From contig CAYJCZ010000005.1 in NCBI GenBank assembly GCA_964368835.1, positions 43,695-107,694 of the forward strand: 64,000 nucleotides of DNA, in the 5' to 3' direction. The notes under the pieces are model-generated. The model was not told the DNA's origin. It searched no databases and worked only from the letters and a program-made list of their open reading frames with translations. Position numbers and translations under genes: made by a program. Of the stretch, positions 1 to 8,959 are shown in pieces; within the stretch, counting starts at the first letter, position 1; each line of letters begins with the position of its first letter. The DNA is from an uncultured Candidatus Saccharibacteria bacterium (GTDB lineage Bacteria > Patescibacteriota > Minisyncoccia > Phycocordibacterales > UBA6065).

Positions 1-952
1 CGAAGCATGGAACGAGTTCAAAAACGGCAAACGAAAGAGAAAGGATGTTCAAGAGTTCGAGCGAAATCTCATGAGGAACATCATATCGCTCCACGAAGAT
101 CTGAGCGAGAAGACCTACAAACACTCGTCCTATGAGGCCTTTAACATATGCGACCCGAAGCCGAGAAGCATCCACAAGGCGTCCGTGCGCGATAGGCTGT
201 TGCATCATGCGATATACAGGAAGCTCTATCCGTTTTTCGATAAGGTATTCGTGCCAGATTCCTATTCCTGTCGCCTAGGCAAGGGCTCACATAGAGCCCT
301 TAACAGGTTTAAGGATTTTGGTCACATTGTCTCGAAAAATCGCATTTGCACGGCGTGGGTGCTCAAATGCGACGTGCGGAAATTCTTCGCCTCGATAGAC
401 CACGGCGTGCTTCTAAAAATCCTCGATAAGAATATTCCAGATAAGGATGTTCTGGCCTTGCTGGAAAATATCGTTTGGAGCTTCCATTCGACCAGAGAGG
501 GTGTGGGTCTGCCGCTAGGAAACCTGACCTCGCAGTTGCTCGTGAACATATACATGAACGAGTTTGATCAGTTCGTGAAGCATAAGCTAAAAGTAAAATA
601 TTATATACGCTACGCCGATGACTTCGTGATCATGTCGAGCGACAAATCGTCTCTCGATTCGCTCCTGCCCGAAATGGCCCGTTTTCTCTCCGACAGACTC
701 AGGCTCTCGCTTCACCCAGACAAGGTCTTCATAAAGACGCTGTCCTCGGGCGTGGATTTTCTGGGCTGGGTACATTTTTCCGATCATCGGGTGCTAAGAA
801 CGGCCACAAGGAAAAGGATGATGAGGGGAATAATATTGAATGAAGGAAAACGAGAATCCGTAGAATCGTATTTAGGTTTAATAAGTCACGGCAATTCCTG
901 GAAGCTGAAAAATAAAGTTCTCGATTTGTCCAAAAAGGACACGTTACTGTAA
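1..952 (+). CDS. Reverse transcriptase, DGR (diversity-generating retroelement) type; 5' end cut by the window edge
   Basis: The reading frame is open from nt 2 (EAWNEFKNGKRKEKDVQEFERNL...) into the listed ORF at 71..952. RT motifs are present, including 'GLPLGNLTSQLLVNIYMNEFD', where the [ILV]GxxxSQ motif is a hallmark of DGR RTs (Bordetella phage Brt has IGSLTSQ). The catalytic 'YIRYADDFVI' YxDD box is also present. Confidence 0.8.
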   Translation, partial: EAWNEFKNGKRKRKDVQEFERNLMRNIISLHEDLSEKTYKHSSYEAFNICDPKPRSIHKASVRDRLLHHAIYRKLYPFFDKVFVPDSYSCRLGKGSHRALNRFKDFGHIVSKNRICTAWVLKCDVRKFFASIDHGVLLKILDKNIPDKDVLALLENIVWSFHSTREGVGLPLGNLTSQLLVNIYMNEFDQFVKHKLKVKYYIRYADDFVIMSSDKSSLDSLLPEMARFLSDRLRLSLHPDKVFIKTLSSGVDFLGWVHFSDHRVLRTATRKRMMRGIILNEGKRESVESYLGLISHGNSWKLKNKVLDLSKKDTLL

Positions 953-1292
953 CTTTATTGCCCTAGATGTGTCACTTTTGTCACTTTTCAAAAACCATAG
1001 GCGCACGAGAAGCGTCGATCTGATACACTAAAAGCATTAAAAATAACCTTACGGTGCAAGGATTCACGAAGTCGCAGCACGAGAAGCCTCACAAAAAGGG
1101 ATAATTCTCATTTTTTCAGAACGAAGATCTATTTTTATCCTTATTTTTCAACATTTTTAGAAATAAGAAAGTTCTGAAAAAGTAATATCCAGAAGTTGTT
1201 GATTTTATATTAATTTTGTAATTAGCTCTCATAAATAAAGAGTTTATTACAGTTCTGAAATTTTCAGCTACTTATATAAGTCCGCGGTTTTA

Positions 1293-2075
1293 TTGTATAA
1301 TCAAGCGAACATGAAAAACTTTTTTGGAAGGGCATTTCTACCAATTATTATCATCTATTTCTTAGTCGTAATTATTGGGAACTTACTGTTTCACCAATCT
1401 ATAAGTTCAATTTCAAGTGTTTCTTCAGGTGTTATTTCCTTCCTGCTAGTTTCTCAATTAAGCTTTGTTGCTTTATTAACAATTGTACCCCTCATTATTG
1501 GTGGATTTGCACAACACATATCAAATAGAAAAAGTATTCTTGCCGGATTTGTTTTTAACCTTTCAGCAGCGATTTTGTTGAGTCTTGGTTTGTTTTTTTG
1601 GGCATCAAGTAGTGGCGAATCTGGAGGATATTTTTTACTAGGGTTTTTATTCGTCTATTCCTGGTTTGTCCTAGGTGGGTTGATATTGTATTCGTTACTT
1701 CAAAAGACACCTCAAAAGGTCTTGTATACCGTTTTTGTAGCATTAGCCGTTGTGGTAGTGATACTTCTTGTAAGGCAAGTTCAAACTATAAAAACAACTC
1801 AATTACAAGGTGGGGATTTACCTCAAATTTATACCAATCTTGATGTAAATCAAGATATAGATCGATCAGGAGAGTATTTTGATCAAAAAGTATCTTATTG
1901 TAAGACCTTTTCAACCGACGACTCGAAGAGAACTTGTGCATACAAACTTTATGACGATCTATTATTGGAGAGTTTCAAACCAAATATAAATATCTCAACA
2001 TTAATCTCGCAATCCAATCTTGATTTTTTGTGTAAATACAAGAGTGGTAATCAAAATCCTGTTTTGTGTAACTAG
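1293..2075 (+). CDS. Hypothetical polytopic membrane protein with a Cys-containing C-terminal domain
   Basis: A 260-aa ORF with about 6 hydrophobic helices and a hydrophilic C-terminal region containing 4 Cys. The true start may be ATG 1311 (MKNFFG...), because 'TTGTATAAT' at 1291-1299 looks like an extended -10 box. No homolog is recognised. Confidence 0.45.
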   Translation: MYNQANMKNFFGRAFLPIIIIYFLVVIIGNLLFHQSISSISSVSSGVISFLLVSQLSFVALLTIVPLIIGGFAQHISNRKSILAGFVFNLSAAILLSLGLFFWASSSGESGGYFLLGFLFVYSWFVLGGLILYSLLQKTPQKVLYTVFVALAVVVVILLVRQVQTIKTTQLQGGDLPQIYTNLDVNQDIDRSGEYFDQKVSYCKTFSTDDSKRTCAYKLYDDLLLESFKPNINISTLISQSNLDFLCKYKSGNQNPVLCN

Positions 2076-2183
2076 ATAATTTCTTGAAGATTTTAAATTG
2101 CTAATTTGATATAAATCTTCTGCGTTAAAAGTTCCGAAAGTCAGACACTAGGGTCACCAAGAGTAATTTGTTAATATATATTT

Positions 2184-2501
2184 ATGGTAAAAGAACAATT
2201 AAAGGGCTTTTTTGAGTTTATTCGAACCCAGGGTGTAGTCGGTTTGGCGGTAGGTTTAATACTTGGTGGTGCAGTGACAGGTCTTGTTACCTCACTTGTT
2301 AAAAACGTAGTTAATCCCCTCCTCGGTCTATTACTTGGTCAGGCAAAGGATCTCGCACTCTCATCTCTTGATATCATGGGAGCAAAAGTTATGTACGGAG
2401 CATTGATTCTCGACATAATCAACTTTGTCGTCATTGCATTCATCGTATATTTTGGAGTTAAAAGACTTGGGTTGGATAAACTTGATAAGCCAAAGAATTA
2501 G
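2184..2501 (+). CDS. mscL: Large-conductance mechanosensitive channel MscL
   Basis: A 105-aa protein whose N-terminus 'KGFFEFIRTQGVVGLAVGLILGGAVTGLVTSLVKNVVNP' matches the MscL TM1 signature, followed by TM2 and a charged tail. Confidence 0.85.
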   Translation: MVKEQLKGFFEFIRTQGVVGLAVGLILGGAVTGLVTSLVKNVVNPLLGLLLGQAKDLALSSLDIMGAKVMYGALILDIINFVVIAFIVYFGVKRLGLDKLDKPKN

Positions 2502-2524
2502 TGTAAAGTTGTTCTTATCAACAA

Positions 2525-2597
2525 GCGCGCTTAGCTCAGTTGGTAGAGCATCTCATTGACGTTGAGAGGGTCATAGGTTCAAGTCCTATAGCGCGCA
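2525..2597 (+). tRNA. tRNA-Val (anticodon GAC)
   Basis: Manual cloverleaf: acceptor GCGCGCT/AGCGCGC, D-arm GCTC-AGTTGGTA-GAGC, anticodon stem TCTCA/TGAGA with loop TTGACGT, T-arm ATAGG-TTCAAGT-CCTAT. No CCA is encoded. Confidence 0.9.
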
Positions 2598-2599
2598 CA

Positions 2600-3775
2600 A
2601 TGAAAATCCTCGGCATTGAAACATCGTGTGATGAGACGGCAATCAGCCTCATCGAAGTAGATGAGAAAAAGCGGACAGTACACATTTTAGGTAATACCGT
2701 TCACTCTCAAATAGACATCCACGCATCGCATGGAGGTGTTTTTCCTGTGTTAGCAAAGCGCGAGCATGAAATAAATCTCATTCCGGTTTTGCAAAAGACT
2801 TTAGTCGAGGCAAAGATGCTTGAAAAGCCTGAGGTAAAAAGTCCTATAGGCACAGATACGCTTTCGATTCTTGATCGAGAAAAAACTTTGCAAGGCGCAT
2901 TTGCGGAATTTATTCCAACAATCAAAAAACCAGACGTAGATTTCATAAGCATTACAACAGGACCCGGACTTGAGCCTGCGCTCTGGGTTGGTATCAGCTT
3001 TGCCCGCGCACTATCTGCCACTTGGGGAATTCCTCTTATTCCTTGCAATCATATGGAGGGACACATTCTTGCGGCGCTTATAAAGAAGAATGGTGACCAC
3101 TATGAGCTTGAATCACCAAAGTTTCCCGCACTTTCTCTCCTTATCTCTGGTGGACACACACAAATTGTCCTCATTGAATCAATTGGTTCATATAAAATCG
3201 TTGGAGAAACGCGAGATGACGCGATTGGTGAATGCTTTGATAAGATCGCGCGAACTCTTGGACTCACCTACCCCGGCGGACCTAAAATTTCAAAACTTGC
3301 AGATGAAGCACGTGCTTCACATATTCAAAGTCCAGAGCCTCTCCCTCGCCCAATGATCGATTCAAAAGATTTTGATTTCTCTTTTTCAGGACTCAAGACC
3401 GCAGTTCTATATTTAGTTAAAAAACTTACCAAAGACGGCGTCCAGCTCACTGAAAACCAAATCAATGGCATTGCCCGCGAGACTGAAGATGCAGTTACTG
3501 ACGTCATCATCACAAAAATGCGCAAAGCAATCGAAGCATATGCAATAGAAACCATAATCGTAGGTGGTGGCGTGATTGCTAACACACACATACGAACACA
3601 TCTCGAAAAGCTCGCACAAGATTCCTCTATCAAACTCCTTTTACCTCAAACAGACCACTCGACCGACAACGGACTTATGATTGCGCTCGCTGGATTCTTT
3701 AACACAGACAACAAAACTGATTCACGTACACTTTTAAAGGCGATGGGCACACTTGCTTTGGGACCTCGCGTCTAG
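2600..3775 (+). CDS. tsaD: tRNA N6-adenosine threonylcarbamoyltransferase TsaD (Kae1/YgjD family)
   Basis: Canonical N-terminus 'MKILGIETSCDETA' and the metal-binding 'CNHMEGHILAA' motif. The track ORF at 2540..3775 is an artefactual 5' extension that overlaps tRNA-Val. ATG 2600 lies 2 nt after the tRNA 3' end. Confidence 0.9.
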   Translation: MKILGIETSCDETAISLIEVDEKKRTVHILGNTVHSQIDIHASHGGVFPVLAKREHEINLIPVLQKTLVEAKMLEKPEVKSPIGTDTLSILDREKTLQGAFAEFIPTIKKPDVDFISITTGPGLEPALWVGISFARALSATWGIPLIPCNHMEGHILAALIKKNGDHYELESPKFPALSLLISGGHTQIVLIESIGSYKIVGETRDDAIGECFDKIARTLGLTYPGGPKISKLADEARASHIQSPEPLPRPMIDSKDFDFSFSGLKTAVLYLVKKLTKDGVQLTENQINGIARETEDAVTDVIITKMRKAIEAYAIETIIVGGGVIANTHIRTHLEKLAQDSSIKLLLPQTDHSTDNGLMIALAGFFNTDNKTDSRTLLKAMGTLALGPRV

Positions 3776-3777
3776 TT

Positions 3778-3806
3778 TTGTAAAAAAGCCTTATTTTTGC
3801 TATATT
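3778..3806 (+). promoter_or_regulatory. Candidate sigma70-type promoter for valS (TTGTAA-17nt-TATATT), giving a near-leaderless transcript
   Basis: -35 'TTGTAA' at 3778-3783, a 17-nt spacer, and -10 'TATATT' at 3801-3806. The ATG is at 3817, so the leader would be at most about 5 nt. Confidence 0.35.
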
Positions 3807-3816
3807 TTCCGTACCT

Positions 3817-5985
3817 ATGGAGCCTTATAAAGAGCCAAATATTCCGGCAAAATTCCTTAAGCCGTACAACCCTATAGAAACCGAAGAAGCTATATACAAA
3901 AAATGGCTTAATGAAGGCTATTTTAATCCGGACAACCTCCCTCCTCGACACAAGGAAGCCTTTTCAATAGTTTTGCCACCTCCGAACGTAACAGGAACCC
4001 TCCACATTGGTCATGCATCAATGCTTGTTATCGAAGACATCATGGTTCGCTATAAGCGAATGATGGGATTTAAAACTCTATGGATTCCCGGCACCGATCA
4101 CGCAGCAATCGCAACTCAATCAAAAGTTGAAAGTGAAATATATAAAAAAGAAGGTAAGCGCAGGCAAGATTTGGGTCGAGAAGAACTCTTAAAGAGAGTT
4201 AACGCATTCGCACAAGAAAGCCACGATACAATTACAAACCAGATCAAAAAGATGGGCGCTTCTATAGACTGGTCACGCGAAGCCTACACTCTCGACGCAA
4301 AAAGAGAGTTGGCTGTTTTTGAAGCGTTCAAAAAGATGCACGAGGATGGTCTTATCTATCGTGGACACCGAATCGTTAACTGGGATCCAAAAGGTCAAAC
4401 AACTATTTCTGATGACGAAATTATATACACCGAAGAAAAGACTAAATTCTATTATTTCAAATACGGCCCTTTCACTATAGGTACAGCTCGACCAGAAACA
4501 AAATTCGGTGATAAGTACGTGGTGATGCATCCAAACGATGAACGATACAGTAAATTCAAGCACGGAGATCAAATAGACCTTGAATGGATCAACGGCCCAA
4601 TCAAGGCAACCATCATCAAAGATGAATCTATTGATATGGAATTCGGTACTGGTGTAATGACTATCACTCCTTGGCACTCTAACGTTGACTTTGAAATCGC
4701 AGAGCGACACAAGCTAGACAAAGAACAGATAATCGATAAGTACGGCAAGCTCCTCCCTATTGCTGGTGAATTTTCTGGCATGAAAATTGCAGACGCTCGA
4801 CAAAAGATCGTTGAAAAACTTCAAGCAAAGGGTCTTGTCGCAAAGGAAGAAGAATACACTCACAATATTGCCACTGCAGAACGAACCGGAGGCATTATCG
4901 AACCGCAGATAATGAATCAGTGGTTTGTCGATGTGAATAAAAAGATAAAGAACCGAGACAATAAATCCCTCAAGGAACTCATGCTCGAGGTAACTGTACC
5001 TGGAGACAAAAATATAGAGTTTATTCCAAGTCGTTTTGAAAAAATCTACACTAATTGGATTTCCAATCTTCGCGACTGGTGTATTTCTCGTCAAATATGG
5101 TTCGGTCATAGAATTCCTGTTTGGTATAAGGATTCTGAAATTAAAGTAAGCCTTGAAAGCCCCGGTGCAGATTGGACTCAGGACGAAGACACACTTGATA
5201 CCTGGTTTTCATCTGGCCTTTGGACATTCTCAACCCTAGGCTGGCCTGAAAAAACAAAAGATTTCAAAACATACCATCCAACATCAGTCCTAGAAACTGG
5301 ATATGACATCATTTTCTTCTGGGTCGCTCGCATGATTCTCATGTCTCAATACTTGGTTGGAGAGATCCCTTTCAAAACCGTATACCTACACGGCCTTGTT
5401 CGTGATGCTCAAGGCAGGAAGATGTCAAAATCACTTGGTAACATTATCGACCCTCTCGATATGGCCCAGAAGTACGGCACAGACGCAGTACGCATGTCGC
5501 TTATCGTAGGCACGGGTCCTGGAAATGACACCAAGATGTCCGAAGACAAAATCCGTGCGTACAAAAACTTTGCAAACAAGCTCTGGAACATCACCCGATT
5601 TGTTCTCTCTGCTACCGAAGGTGAAGTACTTGAACCAAAATTTTCAAAATATTCCGCAAAAGATAAGGAGCTTCTTGAAAAACAGTCTGCTCTCATATCA
5701 GAAATCACAAAAGAAATGGATGAATACAAGTTCTATCTTGTTGCTGAAAAACTCTACGCATACACATGGACTGAGTTTGCTGATGTTATCCTCGAGGAGT
5801 CAAAGAAAATCCTCGCTGAAGGCACAGATGCGGACAAGAAATCACGAAAGCAGTTCCTTCTCCACACTCTCTCTGTCATTTTGAGGTCACTTCACCCATT
5901 CGCACCTTTCGTTACCGAGGAAATCTGGTCTGACATGCCTATAAAAGATAAAAAATCGCTTATAATAGAAGAATGGCCGATTTAA
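3817..5985 (+). CDS. valS: Valine--tRNA ligase (short form lacking the C-terminal coiled coil)
   Basis: HIGH-type motif 'PPPNVTGTLHIGHA', the 'KMSKSLGN' motif, and ValRS-like editing and anticodon-binding domains; 722 aa. Confidence 0.9.
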   Translation: MEPYKEPNIPAKFLKPYNPIETEEAIYKKWLNEGYFNPDNLPPRHKEAFSIVLPPPNVTGTLHIGHASMLVIEDIMVRYKRMMGFKTLWIPGTDHAAIATQSKVESEIYKKEGKRRQDLGREELLKRVNAFAQESHDTITNQIKKMGASIDWSREAYTLDAKRELAVFEAFKKMHEDGLIYRGHRIVNWDPKGQTTISDDEIIYTEEKTKFYYFKYGPFTIGTARPETKFGDKYVVMHPNDERYSKFKHGDQIDLEWINGPIKATIIKDESIDMEFGTGVMTITPWHSNVDFEIAERHKLDKEQIIDKYGKLLPIAGEFSGMKIADARQKIVEKLQAKGLVAKEEEYTHNIATAERTGGIIEPQIMNQWFVDVNKKIKNRDNKSLKELMLEVTVPGDKNIEFIPSRFEKIYTNWISNLRDWCISRQIWFGHRIPVWYKDSEIKVSLESPGADWTQDEDTLDTWFSSGLWTFSTLGWPEKTKDFKTYHPTSVLETGYDIIFFWVARMILMSQYLVGEIPFKTVYLHGLVRDAQGRKMSKSLGNIIDPLDMAQKYGTDAVRMSLIVGTGPGNDTKMSEDKIRAYKNFANKLWNITRFVLSATEGEVLEPKFSKYSAKDKELLEKQSALISEITKEMDEYKFYLVAEKLYAYTWTEFADVILEESKKILAEGTDADKKSRKQFLLHTLSVILRSLHPFAPFVTEEIWSDMPIKDKKSLIIEEWPI

Positions 5986-6674
5986 GCACATCTAACTTGC
6001 ATCTTCTTGTTTTTGCCGCATTCGGTGGCATACTCCCTGCTCTTTTCTGGCTTTGGTTTTGGCTTCAAGAAGACAAGCTTCATCCGGAGCCGCGCGGACG
6101 AATCCTTTTTGCATTTTGGGGCGGTATGATGGCGGTTCCCCTCGTGTATCCTCTTGAGCGTTTTATTTATGAACATTTTGGTGTCTCAAACGCTACCCTG
6201 TTTCTATGGGCAATCATTGAAGAAGTAGCCAAATACGCAGCCGTCTCCATTACAGTCCTTCATTCGAAAGCATTTGATGAGCCGATCGATGCGCTGGAAT
6301 ATCTTATAACTGGTGCACTCGGTTTTGCTGCTCTAGAAAACACTTTGTTTATTCTCAACCCGCTTGTGGGTGGAAATGAATTCCAAAGCCTCATCACGGG
6401 TAACATGCGATTCATCGGAGCAAGCCTTTTACATGTTGTTTGCTCTGGTGTACTTGGATATTGTATCGGCCGAGAGTTTTATCGAGGCTGGTTTGCCAAA
6501 ATTAGCTGGAGAGTTTTCGGACTTGCGATCGCCGTCACATTGCATACAGTTTTCAACATGTTTATAATGTATCAGAACGGAGATAAGACTTTCATGGTCT
6601 TCGCAGGCGTCTGGGTAGCGGTCATCGGCATACTCCTCCTGTTTGAAAGATTAAAAAAAGTACAAGCACAATAA
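5973..6674 (+). CDS. PrsW/CPBP-like intramembrane metalloprotease family protein
   Basis: Polytopic membrane protein carrying the family motifs 'EEVAKY' (EExxK), 'FxxxN/ENTLF', 'HVVCSG' and 'HTVFN' (HxxxN). Confidence 0.55.
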   Translation: MADLSTSNLHLLVFAAFGGILPALFWLWFWLQEDKLHPEPRGRILFAFWGGMMAVPLVYPLERFIYEHFGVSNATLFLWAIIEEVAKYAAVSITVLHSKAFDEPIDALEYLITGALGFAALENTLFILNPLVGGNEFQSLITGNMRFIGASLLHVVCSGVLGYCIGREFYRGWFAKISWRVFGLAIAVTLHTVFNMFIMYQNGDKTFMVFAGVWVAVIGILLLFERLKKVQAQ

Positions 6675-6680
6675 AATCAT

Positions 6681-7130
6681 ATGCAGCCATCAAAAAAATC
6701 ATTCTTTGAACGCCTCACGGGCACCGTAAAGCTTGATGAAGAGGCGGTTGAAGAGACGGAACGACCTTCCCGAAACAGCATCCTCGAAGAATCAGAGGAA
6801 GAAGGTGAACTTTCGGTTGACGTCTATCAAACACCTGACGAAATCGTGATCAAAACCATGGTCGCAGGCGTTCGACCGGATGATCTTGATGTAAATATCA
6901 CTCGAGACATGGTGACCATCAAGGGCAAGCGTGAGGAAACGACCGATGTTCACAATCACGACTATTTCCATAAAGAACTTTATTGGGGCTCATTCTCACG
7001 AACCGTCATGCTCCCTGAAGAAATCGATGTAGAAGAAGCAGAGGCTGTAGAGCGCCATGGACTTCTTATCATAAAGCTTCCAAAAGTAGATAAGTCAAAA
7101 CAAAATAAGCTTCGAGTTAAGTCAGCTTAG
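6681..7130 (+). CDS. Hsp20/alpha-crystallin family small heat-shock protein
   Basis: ACD core 'LSVDVYQTPDEIVIKTMVAGVRPDDLDVNITRDMVTIKGKRE...GSFSRTVMLPEEIDVEEAEAVERHGLLIIKLPK'. Confidence 0.85.
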   Translation: MQPSKKSFFERLTGTVKLDEEAVEETERPSRNSILEESEEEGELSVDVYQTPDEIVIKTMVAGVRPDDLDVNITRDMVTIKGKREETTDVHNHDYFHKELYWGSFSRTVMLPEEIDVEEAEAVERHGLLIIKLPKVDKSKQNKLRVKSA

Positions 7131-7142
7131 CTATCACAAACA

Positions 7143-7174
7143 AAATCGCCTCACATATGGGCGATTTTGTTTTT
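7143..7174 (+). terminator. Rho-independent terminator after hsp20
   Basis: Hairpin aatcgcc-tcacatatg-ggcgatt followed by TTTGTTTTT. Confidence 0.6.
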
Positions 7175-7203
7175 GAGGGTGAGAGTGATAGATTGATTCG
7201 TAC

Positions 7204-7275
7204 GCCCCCGTAGTTCAATGGATAGAACGGCTCACTCCTAACGAGCTGATGTAGGTTCGATTCCTGCCGAGGGCA
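7204..7275 (+). tRNA. tRNA-Arg (anticodon CCT)
   Basis: Acceptor GCCCCCG/CGAGGGC with one C-A mismatch, D-arm GTTC-AATGGATA-GAAC, anticodon loop CTCCTAA, T-arm GTAGG-TTCGATT-CCTGC. Confidence 0.75.
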
Positions 7276-7282
7276 CACATAG

Positions 7283-8206
7283 CTACTTTGACAATCTCTT
7301 AAGGCAGACAAAAAGAAGTCCGAGAAGCACCAATCCAATTACACTCATTAGACCGTAGCCTCCCGGAATTGTGCCGCCATAAATCGCAAGCGTGATTGTG
7401 TGTGGGATGTAATAGCCCAAAACAAATATTCCTCTCTTTCGATCATTTGTACGCGGATTAAACCACTGCGACCACAGAAACCATACGTATACCAACAAAA
7501 ATCCGCCCTTAAATAAGATGTGCCAGAATGCAGCCTTATCATATATAAAAAAGGAGGTAAGCCAGTTTAATACGGGAAAAAGAAATCCCGCAACAAGAAA
7601 AAGCACCTCGGGATAACTTACTGCCTTAGAATTCGGTAGGTTAATTTTCCTTGAAAGATATATAAGAAAACCGATGAGACTGAACGTCACTAGTATCGGA
7701 AGCGCAAAACGCGGAAAAGGCTCATTAAAGACAAAGGTGAAAATAATGAAAGCAACAAGAGCAATCATCGCATTCCTTGCTACACCTCTTGTAATAACTT
7801 GGTTATTAAGTGGGATAAAAACTGCCGCAAGTGCAAGTGGCAACAAGAAGCTTGTCATCATGTGGCTCGATACGAGCGAAAGCGTCCACGGCCATTGCAC
7901 GCCGGCCCAATATCCAACACCAGCAAGCTTGTCTAATTGAGGAAAAATAACATCAAAAAACGATCGTGTGATAAGCCCTTCTACAACCAGACCAGCTACC
8001 GGGAGCAGAAATAATCTAGACGAACTCGAAGCGGCTGTTGTGAAAAAATACGAAAGACAAATTATAAGTAGTGCATAGGGTGCGAGTGATACCAGCCACA
8101 CAAGAGGATTAGCAAGATTAAATAACGCTGTAGAACCGTTTAAAAGTTCAGCACACAATGGTGCACAGAGAGATACCACCAGTAGATATAGATGGGAGCT
8201 TTTCAT
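7283..8206 (-). CDS. Hypothetical polytopic membrane protein
   Basis: A 307-aa ORF with about 9 hydrophobic helices; no recognisable family. Confidence 0.5.
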   Translation of the reverse strand: MKSSHLYLLVVSLCAPLCAELLNGSTALFNLANPLVWLVSLAPYALLIICLSYFFTTAASSSSRLFLLPVAGLVVEGLITRSFFDVIFPQLDKLAGVGYWAGVQWPWTLSLVSSHMMTSFLLPLALAAVFIPLNNQVITRGVARNAMIALVAFIIFTFVFNEPFPRFALPILVTFSLIGFLIYLSRKINLPNSKAVSYPEVLFLVAGFLFPVLNWLTSFFIYDKAAFWHILFKGGFLLVYVWFLWSQWFNPRTNDRKRGIFVLGYYIPHTITLAIYGGTIPGGYGLMSVIGLVLLGLLFVCLKRLSK

Positions 8207-8304
8207 TCTAGCTTTATAACAGAGTGATTATCTGACAAAACGGAACCCGGCGCAATAAGGGCACAAAATCTTGTTTTTAGGCTGTTTTTCAGTATACTAA
8301 TGCC

Positions 8305-8559
8305 ATGACTCCAGAAGAACATCGATTACTTGAAGAAACACGGGCGCTTACAGAAGAAAACGCAAAAATTCTTAAAAGCATCCAAAGAATGTCGCGTACA
8401 GGCGCCATTATCAAGATCGTTTACTGGGTCATAATACTAGGAGTCACATTTGGAGCGTTCTACTTCATACAGCCCTATTTTGACGCTTTAAAAGGCACTA
8501 CAGGCGACACTCCTGGGCCTTCAACTAATACTTTCGAACAGCTTCTTAAAGACCTATAG
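8305..8559 (+). CDS. Hypothetical small membrane protein
   Basis: An 84-aa ORF with one central TM helix; it sits between tRNA genes. Confidence 0.4.
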   Translation: MTPEEHRLLEETRALTEENAKILKSIQRMSRTGAIIKIVYWVIILGVTFGAFYFIQPYFDALKGTTGDTPGPSTNTFEQLLKDL

Positions 8560-8561
8560 AC

Positions 8562-8634
8562 GCTTGGATAGCTCAGTTGGTAGAGCATTCCCCTGAAGAG
8601 GGAAGGGTCCCCAGTTCGAACCTGGGTCCAAGCA
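8562..8634 (+). tRNA. tRNA-Phe (anticodon GAA)
   Basis: Acceptor GCTTGGA/TCCAAGC, D-arm GCTC-AGTTGGTA-GAGC, anticodon stem TTCCC/GGGAA with loop CTGAAGA, T-arm CCCAG-TTCGAAC-CTGGG. Confidence 0.9.
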
Positions 8635-8644
8635 CACAAGACAC

Positions 8645-8672
8645 GAAAAAGCCGCCTATCTGGCGGCTTTTT
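8645..8672. terminator. Bidirectional intrinsic terminator (serves tRNA-Phe on + and the glutaredoxin gene on -)
   Basis: Hairpin aagccgcc-tatct-ggcggctt flanked by an A-run upstream and a T-run downstream. Confidence 0.6.
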
Positions 8673-8673
8673 C

Positions 8674-8910
8674 TTATTTTACTTCTAGAAGCTCTCTCAA
8701 GACTTTTTCATCGAAACCTACAACGATATCGCCACCAACATCGATAACAGGCACTCCGAGCTGACCTGACTTCTCTACCATTTCTGCTCGCTTTGCCTGA
8801 TCTCCTGCTACATCATATTCCGAATACGGAATATTATTCTTCTTGAAAAAATCCTTTGCCGCTACACAATACTTACACACCGGCGTTGAATATATTTCTA
8901 CTTTTTTCAT
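8674..8910 (-). CDS. Glutaredoxin-like protein (CxxC thiol-disulfide oxidoreductase, NrdH/Grx family)
   Basis: 'MKKVEIYSTPVCKYCVAAKDFFKKNNIPYSEYDV...' contains the CKYC active site and a thioredoxin fold. The track ORF is extended 5' to 9024, but the internal Met at 8910 is the likely start. Confidence 0.7.
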   Translation of the reverse strand: MKKVEIYSTPVCKYCVAAKDFFKKNNIPYSEYDVAGDQAKRAEMVEKSGQLGVPVIDVGGDIVVGFDEKVLRELLEVK

Positions 8911-8959
8911 ACCAATATTGTACAGGATTTGAAAGCTTTTAAAAGCAGTCTGACTACCC

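Noticed and set aside
1293-2075. The membrane protein downstream of the RT as the DGR target
   Set aside because: Its 3' end is not Asn/AAC-rich, has no lectin-like C-terminus, and has no TR-like partner sequence in the window. The target is more likely upstream of the RT.
2540-2599. The track ORF for tsaD starts at 2540, inside tRNA-Val
   Set aside because: That extension overlaps the tRNA gene. The canonical TsaD N-terminus (MKILGIETSCD) starts at 2600.
4273-5109. Antisense ORFs of 131-145 aa inside valS, and similar ones inside nrdA, secA, lepA and murJ
   Set aside because: They lie entirely within well-supported housekeeping genes on the opposite strand and have no domain signatures, so they are typical shadow ORFs.
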